Positions 1 to 9,924 of a stretch of 64,000 nt of DNA are shown in pieces (within the stretch, counting starts at the first letter, position 1; each line of letters opens with the position of its first letter). The notes beneath the pieces are model-generated. The model saw nothing but the letters and a program-made list of their open reading frames with translations. It was not told the DNA's origin and ran no database searches. The position numbers and the translations under genes are program-made. The stretch is from Leptonemataceae bacterium. GTDB lineage: Bacteria; Spirochaetota; Leptospiria; Leptospirales; Leptonemataceae. Location: positions 4,800,001 to 4,864,000 of the forward strand of contig OZ245742.1 in NCBI GenBank assembly GCA_965227295.1, read 5' to 3'.

Positions 1-66
1 CGGCGAGGAATTGTTACTGTTCTCCGGGATGAAGTTTCGGAAGCGATAATGCAAAACATCGGCGCA

Positions 67-1950
67 TCACTCAATGCCGTGCAACGAACCGCCCTTCGCG
101 AAGAGCTCATCCACCCGCGCGGTGACCTTCGGATCCTCTTCCAGCGGCCACGCGTGGTGCGGCTTACTGCGGGCGTCGATGATCAGCGGGCCGTGACAGC
201 CCCAGTGTTTGTGCACGATGAATTCGTCCACGCCGTGGACGTCGTGGGAGGGATTCGAGCGCGTGAACGTAACCCACAAAAAGTTGTTCAGCGTACGCGA
301 CGTAAATTCGCTGTCGTCGCAGAGCACGATCAACGCCGTATTGCGCAGAGTTTTCTTTAACTTTGGCTGTCCGGATCTTAAGGCGCGTTTCAGGCGGTCG
401 GCGAACCGGCGCACCAGGGCCGCGGCGGCCCGATCGCTTTCGAACTTCTGGGCCCGCACCGCCACGATGCCCGGCAGCACCAGGCGCGGATCCCGGCAGC
501 CGTTCACCAGGGGAAAGTTTGCCGGCAGTTCATTCACGAGCTCGCGCTTCGGGGCGCCGGCCGCCGCGATCACCAGCTTCGAGCCCTGATTCAAGCCGCT
601 GCCGGAGTAGTCCAGGGTGTCGATGGTGGTCCGCGTCTGGAAGTGCAGATCGCGGCTGAAGTCCGCCCGGGCCAGAACGTGCATCAAAAAACGATCGATA
701 TGATGCAGGTCCAGCCTCGGGTCGTCGCCGTCGGCGGCGATCATGAGGTACTTCGCCAGAGACGCCTGGTTGAATCCTAAGATCGCATTGGCGATGGTTA
801 AGATTTCCTGCGGTCGACGTTGCTTCGGATCGTCCTGGGCGGAAGCGTAGGGCGTGTAGCGTTCTTTGCCGACGGCGAGCAGGAGCGGATGCACGCCGGC
901 GGCGTCCACGGCGTGCATGGCCTTGAGCCCCGGAATGGACACGGGCACCATGGGCGCCGTGAGTTCGTGGATGAGCGCGCCGAAGATCGTGTCCTCCTGG
1001 GGCGGGCGCCCCACGGTGGTGAACGGCCAGACGGCATTCGCGCGATGATACACGCCTTCGACGCGGAGCACCGGGAAATCGTGCTTGAGCGAGTAGTAGC
1101 CCAGGTGGTCCCCGAAGGGCCCTTCCGGTAACGTTTGCGCTTCGACGGTACCGACGATGCAGAAGTCCGCGTCCACGGCGACGGTGTGTCCGCTCTTAAG
1201 TTTTGTGTAGCGCATGTTACGACCGGCAAAGGCGCCGGCGAAGGCCGTCTCGGGCAGGCCCTCGGGCAGAGGCATGACCGCGGCGAAGCTGTGGGCCGGC
1301 GGACCGCCGACGAAGATGCTCACGCGCAACGGTTCCCCGCGTTCTTTCGCGGACGTATGGTGCACGCCGATGCCGCGGTGGATTTGATAGTGCAGGCCGA
1401 TCTGTTCGTTTTGTTTGTAACGGTTGCCGCCTAACTGCACGCGGTACATACCTGAGTTGGCTTTGAGTATGCCCGGCGCGGCCGGGTCCTCGCTGTAGAC
1501 CTGGGGCAGCGTAATGAAAGCGCCGCCGTCCCGCGGCCAGGAGACAATCTGCGGCAGACGATCGATGCTCGTACGGTGTTTCAACACCGGCTTCGAAAAA
1601 ACAGCCGGCAACGGCAGGGCGTGAATACCCGTAAACGGGATGCGCAGCAGATTCGACGGCGGCGCGAACACGGTGGACGGATCGGCCTTCGCGGCGATAA
1701 GCGCTTTTACACCGGCTATCGTTCGTCGAAAGATGAAACGCGCGCGATCGATGTCGCCGAAGAGATTCGACGCGGCGGGAAAATCACTGCCTTTGACGTT
1801 TTCGAAAAAGAGCGCCGGCCCGCCGGCCGCAAAGACCCGCCGTTGGATTTCGCCCATCTCCAGGTACGGGTCCACCGCTTCCGTAACACGGACGAGATAA
1901 CCGTGGCGATCCAGATCTTCAACGACGTCGCGGGTGCTTCGATAGGCCAT
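67..1950 (-). CDS. UbiD-family (prFMN-dependent) decarboxylase
   Basis: 627-aa ORF with family motifs EGPFGDHLGYY, VGRPPQED and N-terminal GPALFFENVKGS. Confidence 0.9.
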   Translation of the reverse strand: MAYRSTRDVVEDLDRHGYLVRVTEAVDPYLEMGEIQRRVFAAGGPALFFENVKGSDFPAASNLFGDIDRARFIFRRTIAGVKALIAAKADPSTVFAPPSNLLRIPFTGIHALPLPAVFSKPVLKHRTSIDRLPQIVSWPRDGGAFITLPQVYSEDPAAPGILKANSGMYRVQLGGNRYKQNEQIGLHYQIHRGIGVHHTSAKERGEPLRVSIFVGGPPAHSFAAVMPLPEGLPETAFAGAFAGRNMRYTKLKSGHTVAVDADFCIVGTVEAQTLPEGPFGDHLGYYSLKHDFPVLRVEGVYHRANAVWPFTTVGRPPQEDTIFGALIHELTAPMVPVSIPGLKAMHAVDAAGVHPLLLAVGKERYTPYASAQDDPKQRRPQEILTIANAILGFNQASLAKYLMIAADGDDPRLDLHHIDRFLMHVLARADFSRDLHFQTRTTIDTLDYSGSGLNQGSKLVIAAAGAPKRELVNELPANFPLVNGCRDPRLVLPGIVAVRAQKFESDRAAAALVRRFADRLKRALRSGQPKLKKTLRNTALIVLCDDSEFTSRTLNNFLWVTFTRSNPSHDVHGVDEFIVHKHWGCHGPLIIDARSKPHHAWPLEEDPKVTARVDELFAKGGSLHGIE

Positions 1951-2057
1951 AACTGATATTACTCTAACGATTCCGGCGGCGACGGGAACGCAACATTTTC
2001 CCGGGAAAATCCGGTTGACCCGGGCCGCTCCACCGCGGGAAAATCGGGAAGCAGATC

Positions 2058-2114
2058 ACTCCGAGGACCGAGGGGGCTCGTGTTTTCTCATCTCGCCCCC
2101 TCGGTCCTCGGAGT
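2058..2114. repeat. 20-bp perfect inverted repeat (ccgagga family)
   Basis: actccgaggaccgagggggc at 2058-2077 and its exact reverse complement at 2095-2114, with a 17-nt loop. Confidence 0.9.
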
Positions 2115-2316
2115 TCAAAAAACCGGAATCTCCCTATGCAAATCGTCAAAATGAAACAGGACAACCAGTTCGCCATCGCGGGGTTGTCGTTCAGCGCGCT
2201 CAAGACCATCAAAGACGCGTGCGCCCTTTACGGAACTCAGGGCTCGGCCCTCGCGAAACAGATCGCCGAGGAACTCGAAAAACGCATGGAAGAAGTAACG
2301 ATTTGAGCAACCCCGC

Positions 2317-3297
2317 ATGCCCCTGATCCCGTTCTCCGATTATAAGCCGCCGCTCTATTTGCGCGGCGCGCACGCCGCGACGATCGTTCCGTCGCTGCTT
2401 CGTTACGTACGTTACATCGGCTATCGTCGCGAACGCATGGAGACGCCGGACGGGGACTTCATCGATCTCGACTGGATGCGCGGACGACCGCCGTCCCATC
2501 AACTGGTGATTTTGTCCCACGGCCTCGAGGGCGACTCGAACGGTCAGTACATTCGCGGCATGGCGCGCGCGTTCTTTCGCAGTAACTGGGACGTGCTGTG
2601 CTGGAATTTTCGCGGTTGCAGCGGCGAACCCAACCGTTTGCTGCGCATGTATCACAGCGGCGTATCCGACGACCTGGACCTGGTCGTACAACGAGCGCTG
2701 CGCGAAAAGATTTATCGGCGCATCGTGCTGATCGGCTTCAGCATGGGCGGCAACATCACGTTGAAATACCTGGGCGAACACGGCAGGCAACTCGACCCGC
2801 GCATCGAACGGGCGGTAACGTTTTCGGTGCCGTGTCATCTGGAAGCGTGCGCGAAGAGCCTCGGTCGATCTTCGAATCGCATCTACATGATGAAATTTCT
2901 ACAGACGTTGCGCGAAAAAATCCGCATCAAGAAAGGCATGTTTCCGGATCAACTCGACGTACGCGGCCTGGATCAAATCAAAACGTTCCAGGAATTCGAC
3001 GATCGTTACACGGCCCCCATGCACGGCTTCGAAGATGCGCGGGACTACTGGACGCGTTCCAGTTCGCTGCACTTTGTTCCGCACATTCGCATCCCCACGT
3101 TGCTCGTGAACGCGAAGAACGATCCCTTTCTCGCGCCGGAATGTTTTCCGTACGACCTGGCGCGCAATCACCGGCACTTTTACTTCGAGGCACCCGACGG
3201 CGGCGGCCACGTCGGCTTCCTGCGCGGGCGCAGCCATCGTGACGGCTTGCTGTGGTCCGAGTTGCGTGCCCTGCGTTTCGTGGAGACCGGCCGCTGA
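2317..3297 (+). CDS. YheT-like alpha/beta hydrolase
   Basis: HGLEG, GFSMGG nucleophile elbow, NAKNDPF and GGHVGF motifs. Confidence 0.9.
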   Translation: MPLIPFSDYKPPLYLRGAHAATIVPSLLRYVRYIGYRRERMETPDGDFIDLDWMRGRPPSHQLVILSHGLEGDSNGQYIRGMARAFFRSNWDVLCWNFRGCSGEPNRLLRMYHSGVSDDLDLVVQRALREKIYRRIVLIGFSMGGNITLKYLGEHGRQLDPRIERAVTFSVPCHLEACAKSLGRSSNRIYMMKFLQTLREKIRIKKGMFPDQLDVRGLDQIKTFQEFDDRYTAPMHGFEDARDYWTRSSSLHFVPHIRIPTLLVNAKNDPFLAPECFPYDLARNHRHFYFEAPDGGGHVGFLRGRSHRDGLLWSELRALRFVETGR

Positions 3298-3298
3298 G

Positions 3299-3721
3299 AT
3301 GAGCGAACGCGAGGTGTACATTCCGCCCGGCGGCCCGCCGCAAAACCCGGCACCGCGACTCTACGATATACTGGGCGAGGAAAAGCTGCGACGGCTTCTA
3401 AGTTTACATTATCAAAACTTAAAAGACACGGCGCTCAGCGAGTGGTTCCCGGACGATCCGCAGAAATTGGAGGCCGCGGCGCAGAGGTCCGCGGATTTTT
3501 TTATTCAAGTTATGGGCGGCCCGCCGCTTTACTCCGAAAAACACGGCCCGCCGCGCATGCGCATGCGGCACATGCCCTTCGAAATCACGAAAGCAGCGCG
3601 GGACCTGTGGCTCATGTGTTTCGAGGAAGCGCTGGACGATCTGCCCTTCCCGCCGGAGCACCGCGAGGCGTTTTGGGAGTTTCTGAGCGGCTTTTCGATG
3701 TGGATGGTGAACGCGCGGTGA
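3299..3721 (+). CDS. Group II-like truncated hemoglobin (globin)
   Basis: ADFFIQVMGGPPLYSEKHGPPRMRMRH motif; ATG 1 nt after the upstream stop. Confidence 0.8.
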   Translation: MSEREVYIPPGGPPQNPAPRLYDILGEEKLRRLLSLHYQNLKDTALSEWFPDDPQKLEAAAQRSADFFIQVMGGPPLYSEKHGPPRMRMRHMPFEITKAARDLWLMCFEEALDDLPFPPEHREAFWEFLSGFSMWMVNAR

Positions 3722-3754
3722 AGAACGTTGACTCCGAGGACCGAGGCACCGAGG

Positions 3755-4141
3755 TCAGCGCCCGTTCTCTTTCAGCGCGCGGATGATTTCCACGCAACAC
3801 ACCACCGCCTGGAACGTGCCGAGCTCCGGCTCGAGACCGCGATAGATTCCCCGCAACTGCCGAATCTCTTCGGCGTTCAATCCCATCTTCAGCAACATCT
3901 CGCGGTTCCAGTTTGCCGTGGCTTTGCCGGGTTTCTTCGGCGCCCGAAAGTGCGCCCACACGATCAAAAAGAAAATCGAACCGCGCTTGCGATGGTCTTT
4001 GATGACGCGCGAGATGATCCACCAGTCCGGGGCAACGCGCCAGTGTCTGCGCATGGGCCGGCGAAAGGCGTACATGACGGCGCCCGCGGGGGCGGCGACG
4101 AATGCCGCGGCGGACAGGGCGACGAGTACGGCGGGCAACAT
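3755..4141 (-). CDS. hypothetical membrane-anchored protein
   Basis: ATG overlaps the DMT gene stop (TGATG); hydrophobic N-terminus. Confidence 0.5.
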   Translation of the reverse strand: MLPAVLVALSAAAFVAAPAGAVMYAFRRPMRRHWRVAPDWWIISRVIKDHRKRGSIFFLIVWAHFRAPKKPGKATANWNREMLLKMGLNAEEIRQLRGIYRGLEPELGTFQAVVCCVEIIRALKENGR

Positions 4142-5046
4142 CAGCGTCTTCCAAGAACGACATTCGCGGCCACGGCAATGACGGTCAACATCATGCCGGC
4201 GAACGCGAGGCGTGGGTAAGTTTCGTTGAACAAAAGATAACCGAAGACCAGCGAAAAGACGATGCTCAGATAACGAATGCCGGCGAGGATCGCGGCGGAG
4301 GTATCTTCGATTTGAAAGGCCCGCGACAACATCCACTCCGCGATCCAGGACAACACCCCCGTGCCGATCAACAACGGCCAATCGAAGGTTGCCGGCCACA
4401 CCCACGCTCCGAAGGGCCCGCCGGGGGCCGCGCCGAAAAACATGGGCAGCGCCAACGCGATCGTCATGATCCCGGTTACCACATGAAAGTACAGCGCCAC
4501 GGCGTCCGGATTCGTTTCGATGCCCGAGGCGTTCCCGGCCGCGCCGGTGCGGAGCATACGGATGAAGACGTGGGCCGCGCCGGAAAAAAACGCCGCGCCG
4601 AGTACGGCGAGCCAGCCGATTATCGAAATGCGCGGATCAAAGCCTTTCATGAGCGCCGCACCCGCGAAGGCGAGAGCGATGAGTACCCAGGATATGCGCG
4701 CCGGAACTTCGCGCAGCAACGGAATCGCGACGATGGTCGTAAACACCGGCGCGAGCAACACGGCGATGGTGGCGCTGGCCAGGGGCATTACGTGCACGCA
4801 GTAATAAAACAACAACACCGCGAGACCGCCGGCCGCGCCCCGGGCGATGAGCAGGCCCGGATACGGCGTGCGCAGGCTGCCGTTCGTTAACCTGACGCCA
4901 GCATAAGTTAACAGGCCGGCGGAAACGGAACGCACGAACGCAATCTCCGCGGCGGGCAGGTGCGAGATCAAACGCACGGCGACGTAGGTCAGCGCGTACG
5001 AAAACACGGAGACGAACATCATGCCGGCGGCGCGGTACTGGTGCAC
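4141..5046 (-). CDS. DMT/EamA family transporter
   Basis: 301 aa with about 10 hydrophobic helices in two EamA-like halves. Confidence 0.85.
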   Translation of the reverse strand: MHQYRAAGMMFVSVFSYALTYVAVRLISHLPAAEIAFVRSVSAGLLTYAGVRLTNGSLRTPYPGLLIARGAAGGLAVLLFYYCVHVMPLASATIAVLLAPVFTTIVAIPLLREVPARISWVLIALAFAGAALMKGFDPRISIIGWLAVLGAAFFSGAAHVFIRMLRTGAAGNASGIETNPDAVALYFHVVTGIMTIALALPMFFGAAPGGPFGAWVWPATFDWPLLIGTGVLSWIAEWMLSRAFQIEDTSAAILAGIRYLSIVFSLVFGYLLFNETYPRLAFAGMMLTVIAVAANVVLGRR

Positions 5047-5112
5047 GGGACAGGTTTTTCCGGGGCGGTGCGGTGGGAAGAAGGAAAAATGACGGGAAAA
5101 CGACGACGCATC

Positions 5113-6927
5113 CTACCCGGGATAGAACGGCTTCAAATCATCAAGGTAGACCCTGTCAAAGAATCCGGGCATTCTTATGCGTTCTTTGCAAATTTCGTCC
5201 GACTGCCATCGAACACCGTCCAGGTCCGCCTTCCTGTAGCGGGCGCCCCGGAGATCTTCCCTGCAAATCCGCGCTCCCTTCAGGTCCGCACCGGATAGAT
5301 CCACCTCGCCCGCCCTTGCTTCGACTGTTCGCCCGGTCTTCGTTCGTATTAGAATCGGGTGGCGCACTCGAAAAAAAGCATTCACAAGATTCGCATCCCG
5401 CAGGTTTGCATTGCGCAGGTCGGCGCCGGAAAGAAATGCCCGGCGAAGATCACAGAAACCGAGGTCCGCGTCCCGTAAATCGGCTCCTACCAGACGAGCT
5501 CCCGCCAGTGTTGTTATCCCACCGGTTCCGAAATCGTCTCGCACGCCCAATTTCGAGGCGACATGGCCGGAAAAGTTCGTCCCGCGCAAGTCGGCATTTA
5601 CCAGGAACGCGCGGCGGAGATCACTGGCGACGATGGAAGCGTCCGGCATCTTCGCTTCGACAAAATGCGCTCTCTGTAGATCGCTGCTTATGAAACGAAT
5701 CCCGCGCATCTCAGAATGTGAAAAATCGGCTCCCGCGAGACCTGTCTTAAAAAAATGCGCATAGGGAAGTCGAGCACTATACAGATCGGCATGGTTCAAC
5801 AGCGTCGCCCGAATCGAAGCGTGCGGTAAATAAGAACCAGCCAGATAAGCCCCGTTCAACGAACGCCCTCTCATCTCAAAACCGCTGTAATCTTCCGGTC
5901 GCGGCTCGCCCACCGGTTCTCCATCCTCGCGATACTCACCCACGGCCGGTTGCACCGCGGGTTTTCGAAGATCAAATACATGGACCCGGGCCGTTACGAG
6001 ATGTCCGGGCATCGAAGCTTCGAACCAGAGAACGCCGCAGGCGAACAATGCAATCAGCAAGCGCATGTAAAAAACGATTCGTTGCCCCATGTAACGAAGG
6101 CGATTGTATCGCGGTCCCGGAACCGGAACGAAGAAAAAGAAAAATACTGACAGGCCCAGCATGAGCAGAATCGTTCCCGGCAGCATCTTCATCAGGATTT
6201 TGGATCCGAACCCCGTCGGCGACTCGATAAAATTTTCATTCGTAGTCGACATCGATAGTAAGACGGCAATGATCAAAACTCCCATGATGAGCCAGATGCT
6301 CCAGTCCCCTCTTCGCACGGATTGGATCGAGTTCTCCGGGGGAAGTATCTGAATTCGGTACAGGATGAACACCATGGCAACAATCGAACCACCGTGTATA
6401 AAATTCAACCAGGGGACCTGGTACGCCGTGGCGCTTAGAAATCCGTACAGCATCACGAGGAGCGGCCCGAGGCTGCAGACCGCCATGAGCACTGCCCGAC
6501 CCGCGATTCTTAAATGCCGCTCTTCCGCATGCAGTAGATAGTTCAGGATGAACGGGTAGACCCGTACACGCAATGGAAGGTTCCCCACGCTCAACGGATG
6601 AAAACGTGCCCGCCAGATTCGCAATTTGATCGCATGTTCGGCCAGAGTAAACATCACATAGAGATGCAGAAGCAACAGACTCACGGGGGCGATCGTAAGG
6701 AAGACATGCGGCGGAACCTCAAGGCGGAGGATCGGCAACTCCATCGACGAGTGATGAATGATCATCTCCGCATGGATCGTCGCGTATGCAAAGAGGAAAT
6801 ACGCAAACAGGGTTAAGTACGCAATCAGGAGCCGAAAGCCGTTTTGCGAAGACCTGGCGACCAGCTCGCGAAATTCTGATTCGGCCGCTCCCGACGTTGC
6901 CGCCGATTCCAAATCCGGTCGCCTCAT
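5113..6927 (-). CDS. membrane protein with C-terminal pentapeptide repeats
   Basis: Multi-TM N-terminus followed by A(D/N)LXX repeats (GADLRDADLGFCDLRRAFLSGADLRNANL); start overlaps nrfA stop (ATGA). Confidence 0.85.
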   Translation of the reverse strand: MRRPDLESAATSGAAESEFRELVARSSQNGFRLLIAYLTLFAYFLFAYATIHAEMIIHHSSMELPILRLEVPPHVFLTIAPVSLLLLHLYVMFTLAEHAIKLRIWRARFHPLSVGNLPLRVRVYPFILNYLLHAEERHLRIAGRAVLMAVCSLGPLLVMLYGFLSATAYQVPWLNFIHGGSIVAMVFILYRIQILPPENSIQSVRRGDWSIWLIMGVLIIAVLLSMSTTNENFIESPTGFGSKILMKMLPGTILLMLGLSVFFFFFVPVPGPRYNRLRYMGQRIVFYMRLLIALFACGVLWFEASMPGHLVTARVHVFDLRKPAVQPAVGEYREDGEPVGEPRPEDYSGFEMRGRSLNGAYLAGSYLPHASIRATLLNHADLYSARLPYAHFFKTGLAGADFSHSEMRGIRFISSDLQRAHFVEAKMPDASIVASDLRRAFLVNADLRGTNFSGHVASKLGVRDDFGTGGITTLAGARLVGADLRDADLGFCDLRRAFLSGADLRNANLRDANLVNAFFRVRHPILIRTKTGRTVEARAGEVDLSGADLKGARICREDLRGARYRKADLDGVRWQSDEICKERIRMPGFFDRVYLDDLKPFYPG

Positions 6928-8312
6928 CGCAGCGCGTTCTGCCCTTTGCGCGCCAGGTCGATGGACAGACCGAGCACCCGGGCCGCTTCCTGAGGGGCGT
7001 GAAATCCGCCGGAGTTCTCCGCTTCCACGAATCCCAACAAGAACTGCGAACGCCGCTGAAAGTTCCGCGCTGCCGTTAACTTTGTTTCCGAAACACCTTG
7101 TGCCTGGGCCGCTTTGATGTCGCGGATCAGGTCCATGAGCGCGTCCAGGGCGACGTCCCGGAGCTGCGCGTGATTGTCCTGGATTACCCGCACCCGATCT
7201 TTCAACTCGTCCTCGGAAAGATTATGGCAGGTACCGCACGCGGCCCGGCTGTCCAGCATGGGACTCTTCACGTGATGATTGCTGACCTTAAAGGCGCCGA
7301 CACGTTCGTAAGGCATGTGGCAGTCGGCGCAGGCCACACCCGAGCGCGCGTGAATGCCCTGCTGCCACATTTCGAACTCCGGATGCTGCGCCTTAAGCGC
7401 CGGCGCTTTCGTTTCCGCGTGAGTCCAGTCCTTGAAGCCGATCGCTTCATAGTAAGCGAGCACGTCGTCGGCCCGCAGTCCCTTCGTCCAGGGAAAGGTC
7501 AGTCGTTTTTCATCGCCCTTAAAGTAATACTCCACGTGGCACTGACCGCAGACGTACGAACGCATCTCCTGGCGCGACGCGTCTTCGTTCACGTCGTAGT
7601 CGCGTACGCCGTGCACGGATGCCATGTACTCGCGCATGCTTTCGATAAAAGCCGGCCGCGTTACGCGCAACGACATGTCCTGGGGGTCGTGGCAGTCGAT
7701 GCAGGATACCGCGTGCTCGACGTGCTCGACTGCTTCTTCGTACTTCATTTGATTCAACTTCGCGAAGCCCGCGAAGAGATTGCCGTTGCCCGCACGTTTG
7801 AACGGAACGTAGACCGAGGCGTGACAGTTGATGCAGGTGCCGGCCTGTTGCACGGCGTGACGACCGGTATAGCGCTGATCCGTCAACATATAGGCGTGGC
7901 CGCGTTCCTCGCGAAAGTCCTTCGAGAACGCGTAGCCCGCCCACATCGTCTTCAGTCGTTCGTCTTCTTCAAGCTTCGATTGGGCGACAATGGAACGCGG
8001 ATCGGCCTCGGTCGGCGTACGCGGGATCGCTTCACTGCCGCCGTAGCGCGTTCGTTTTTGATCGACGGTCTTTAGGTATGATTCGTATTGCAGCGGATAG
8101 TTGCGACCCCACACCGCCGGATCGGTGATATCGTCGTTAAGCTCGACGACCTGAAAGTACGGCCGCTGCGCGTCCGCCTGGTGTCCGGCAATGTTCGCAA
8201 TCAGAGCGGCCAGGCCCGCGCCGACGAGGAGACTCAGCCCGCCGACCAGGCCGGCGAATCGCCGGGGATGTGTTCGATACTCCGCCTTCATCCACTCTAT
8301 GATTCTTCGCAT
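6924..8312 (-). CDS. nrfA: ammonia-forming cytochrome c nitrite reductase, catalytic subunit (CXXCH heme-1 variant)
   Basis: Five heme motifs (CINCH, CIDCH, CGQCH, CADCH, CGTCH), plus WAGYAFSKDF, RGH, KAQHPEFE and AENSGGFHAP. Confidence 0.93.
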   Translation of the reverse strand: MRRIIEWMKAEYRTHPRRFAGLVGGLSLLVGAGLAALIANIAGHQADAQRPYFQVVELNDDITDPAVWGRNYPLQYESYLKTVDQKRTRYGGSEAIPRTPTEADPRSIVAQSKLEEDERLKTMWAGYAFSKDFREERGHAYMLTDQRYTGRHAVQQAGTCINCHASVYVPFKRAGNGNLFAGFAKLNQMKYEEAVEHVEHAVSCIDCHDPQDMSLRVTRPAFIESMREYMASVHGVRDYDVNEDASRQEMRSYVCGQCHVEYYFKGDEKRLTFPWTKGLRADDVLAYYEAIGFKDWTHAETKAPALKAQHPEFEMWQQGIHARSGVACADCHMPYERVGAFKVSNHHVKSPMLDSRAACGTCHNLSEDELKDRVRVIQDNHAQLRDVALDALMDLIRDIKAAQAQGVSETKLTAARNFQRRSQFLLGFVEAENSGGFHAPQEAARVLGLSIDLARKGQNALR

Positions 8313-8354
8313 GTTAAGTCCCTTCTTAATGTGTTCTCGCCGAAGATTAAACGC

Positions 8355-8798
8355 TCACGGGTGCCCCACCGTTTCATGGCAGTGCACGCACTTCCCGCCG
8401 TCTTTGTGCGGGGCCTCGAAGACCTCGCCGTGACAACGCCGGCACGCGCCCTCGGTAATCTCCCGGTTCCAGTCATGAATGCGAATGGGATCTTCAAAGC
8501 TGCCCGCGGTCATGGCCCAGGAGTGATTCCAGCCGTTCAGCGCTTTTGAGCCGTACTTTCCGAAGAAGCCCCCCGCCGTATGACAGTCGTTGCAACCGGC
8601 GACGTTGCGATGGCTCGACTTCACCCAGCCGTCGTACTGCGTATTCATTACGTGGCAGTTCGCACAGGCCTCGCTGTCGTTCATTAGATAGGAATAACCG
8701 CGGGCGTAAACGAACGTATACATGCCGAAGCCCGTCAGCAAGCCGAGGCCGAGGAGCATAACGATTCCTGGTAAGATGTTACGGTCGCGCTGAGACAT
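8355..8798 (-). CDS. nrfH: cytochrome c nitrite reductase small subunit (NapC/NirT family)
   Basis: N-terminal TM helix and four CXXCH motifs; directly upstream of nrfA. Confidence 0.92.
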   Translation of the reverse strand: MSQRDRNILPGIVMLLGLGLLTGFGMYTFVYARGYSYLMNDSEACANCHVMNTQYDGWVKSSHRNVAGCNDCHTAGGFFGKYGSKALNGWNHSWAMTAGSFEDPIRIHDWNREITEGACRRCHGEVFEAPHKDGGKCVHCHETVGHP

Positions 8799-8953
8799 CC
8801 ACGTCCCGGTTATTGTCGAAAGTTTGATTCTGTCAACCGCAACTTCCGCTCCAGGGACGATTCAATCGAAACTGCATTTGGACTCATTCTAATCCCGATG
8901 ATGATCCCCGCGGCATAGACTTGACGCGCGGCGGCCGTCGCCGAGACTCCAGC

Positions 8954-9595
8954 ATGCAACTGCTCTCCGTCCACGTCGGCCGCCCACGCACTGTAACCTG
9001 GCACGGTCGTGAGGTCAGCACCGGCATCTTCAAAGAACCCGTCAGCGGCCCGGTGAAAGTCCGCGCGTTGAACCTGGACGGCGACGGCCAGGCCGATCTG
9101 CGCGTTCACGGCGGCGCCGAAAAGGCCGTCTATGTGTACGCCGCCGGACACTACGAGTACTGGCAAAGCGCCCTGCCCGATCGCGAGTTGCATCACGGCA
9201 TCTTCGGTGAGAACCTTACGATTGCGGGCCTGCCCGGCGAAAACGAGGTCAGCGTCGGCGACGTTTACAGGATCGGCACGGCCGTGTTCATGGTAACGCA
9301 ACCGCGCATGCCGTGTTACAAGCTGGGCATTCGTTTCGGGGACGACGGCATGGTAAAACGTTTCCTCGACGCCCGGCGCATGGGCTTTTACTTTTCCGTC
9401 CGCGAAGAAGGCGAGCTGCAAATCGGCGACGATGTAAAGTTAGTGGATCGTCATGCGCGACGCCTGAGCATTACGGACATTACGCGCATGTATGTCAAAG
9501 AAACTCGGGAGCGCGCGTTGTTCGAAACGGCTGCAAATCACGAGGCGTTGCCGGAAAGCTGGCGCGAGTACTTTCGGGAGCGGATGCCGAATTAA
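8954..9595 (+). CDS. MOSC domain protein (YiiM-like)
   Basis: GDGQADLRVHGG, FGENLT and QPRMPCYKL motifs with a 3-alpha C-terminus. Confidence 0.9.
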   Translation: MQLLSVHVGRPRTVTWHGREVSTGIFKEPVSGPVKVRALNLDGDGQADLRVHGGAEKAVYVYAAGHYEYWQSALPDRELHHGIFGENLTIAGLPGENEVSVGDVYRIGTAVFMVTQPRMPCYKLGIRFGDDGMVKRFLDARRMGFYFSVREEGELQIGDDVKLVDRHARRLSITDITRMYVKETRERALFETAANHEALPESWREYFRERMPN

Positions 9596-9617
9596 GAGCA
9601 GCGTTAACGCCCACAAC

Positions 9618-9732
9618 TCTTCGCGTGAGGGATGTGGAAGGTCGCGCGCAGCGCGAGACTCGCCGCAGGCGAGACCGAAGCGAAGCGGAGCCTGTAGCAG
9701 CCCGACCCCGGCCGAAGGCCGGGGGCACGCCC
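9618..9732 (-). ncRNA. Flavo-1-like structured element, copy 1
   Basis: Reverse complement reads gggcgtg..hairpin..cgggct..gctccgcttcgc..atccctcacgcgaaga; scaffold shared with five other copies; family name from recall only. Confidence 0.6.
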
Positions 9733-9800
9733 AAACTCTACTTTTTATCCATGAGGAAGTTCACGAATTAAGGCACGGTAATTGCGCAAAAACGAGATTC

Positions 9801-9918
9801 GGGCGTTCCCCTCGCTGCGCCCGGGGCGCACTTTCCAGGGCTCCGCTTCGCTTCGGTCCTCCGTGCTTCGGCTCCGGACTCGCGCTACGCGCGACCCTTC
9901 CAATCGCTAACGCGAAGA
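9801..9918 (+). ncRNA. Flavo-1-like structured element, copy 2
   Basis: gggcgtt..gggctccgcttcgcttcggtc..atcgctaacgcgaaga. Confidence 0.55.
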
Positions 9919-9924
9919 AACAGC

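Noticed and set aside
4102..4890. Long antisense or alternate-frame ORFs (this one; also 7098-8075 and 58019-59266)
   Set aside because: Shadow ORFs expected in high-GC coding DNA, overlapping better-supported genes
8824..8836. FNR-like box ttgat-tct-gtcaa upstream of nrfH
   Set aside because: The spacer is 3 nt rather than the canonical 4, and the site is very close to the start codon
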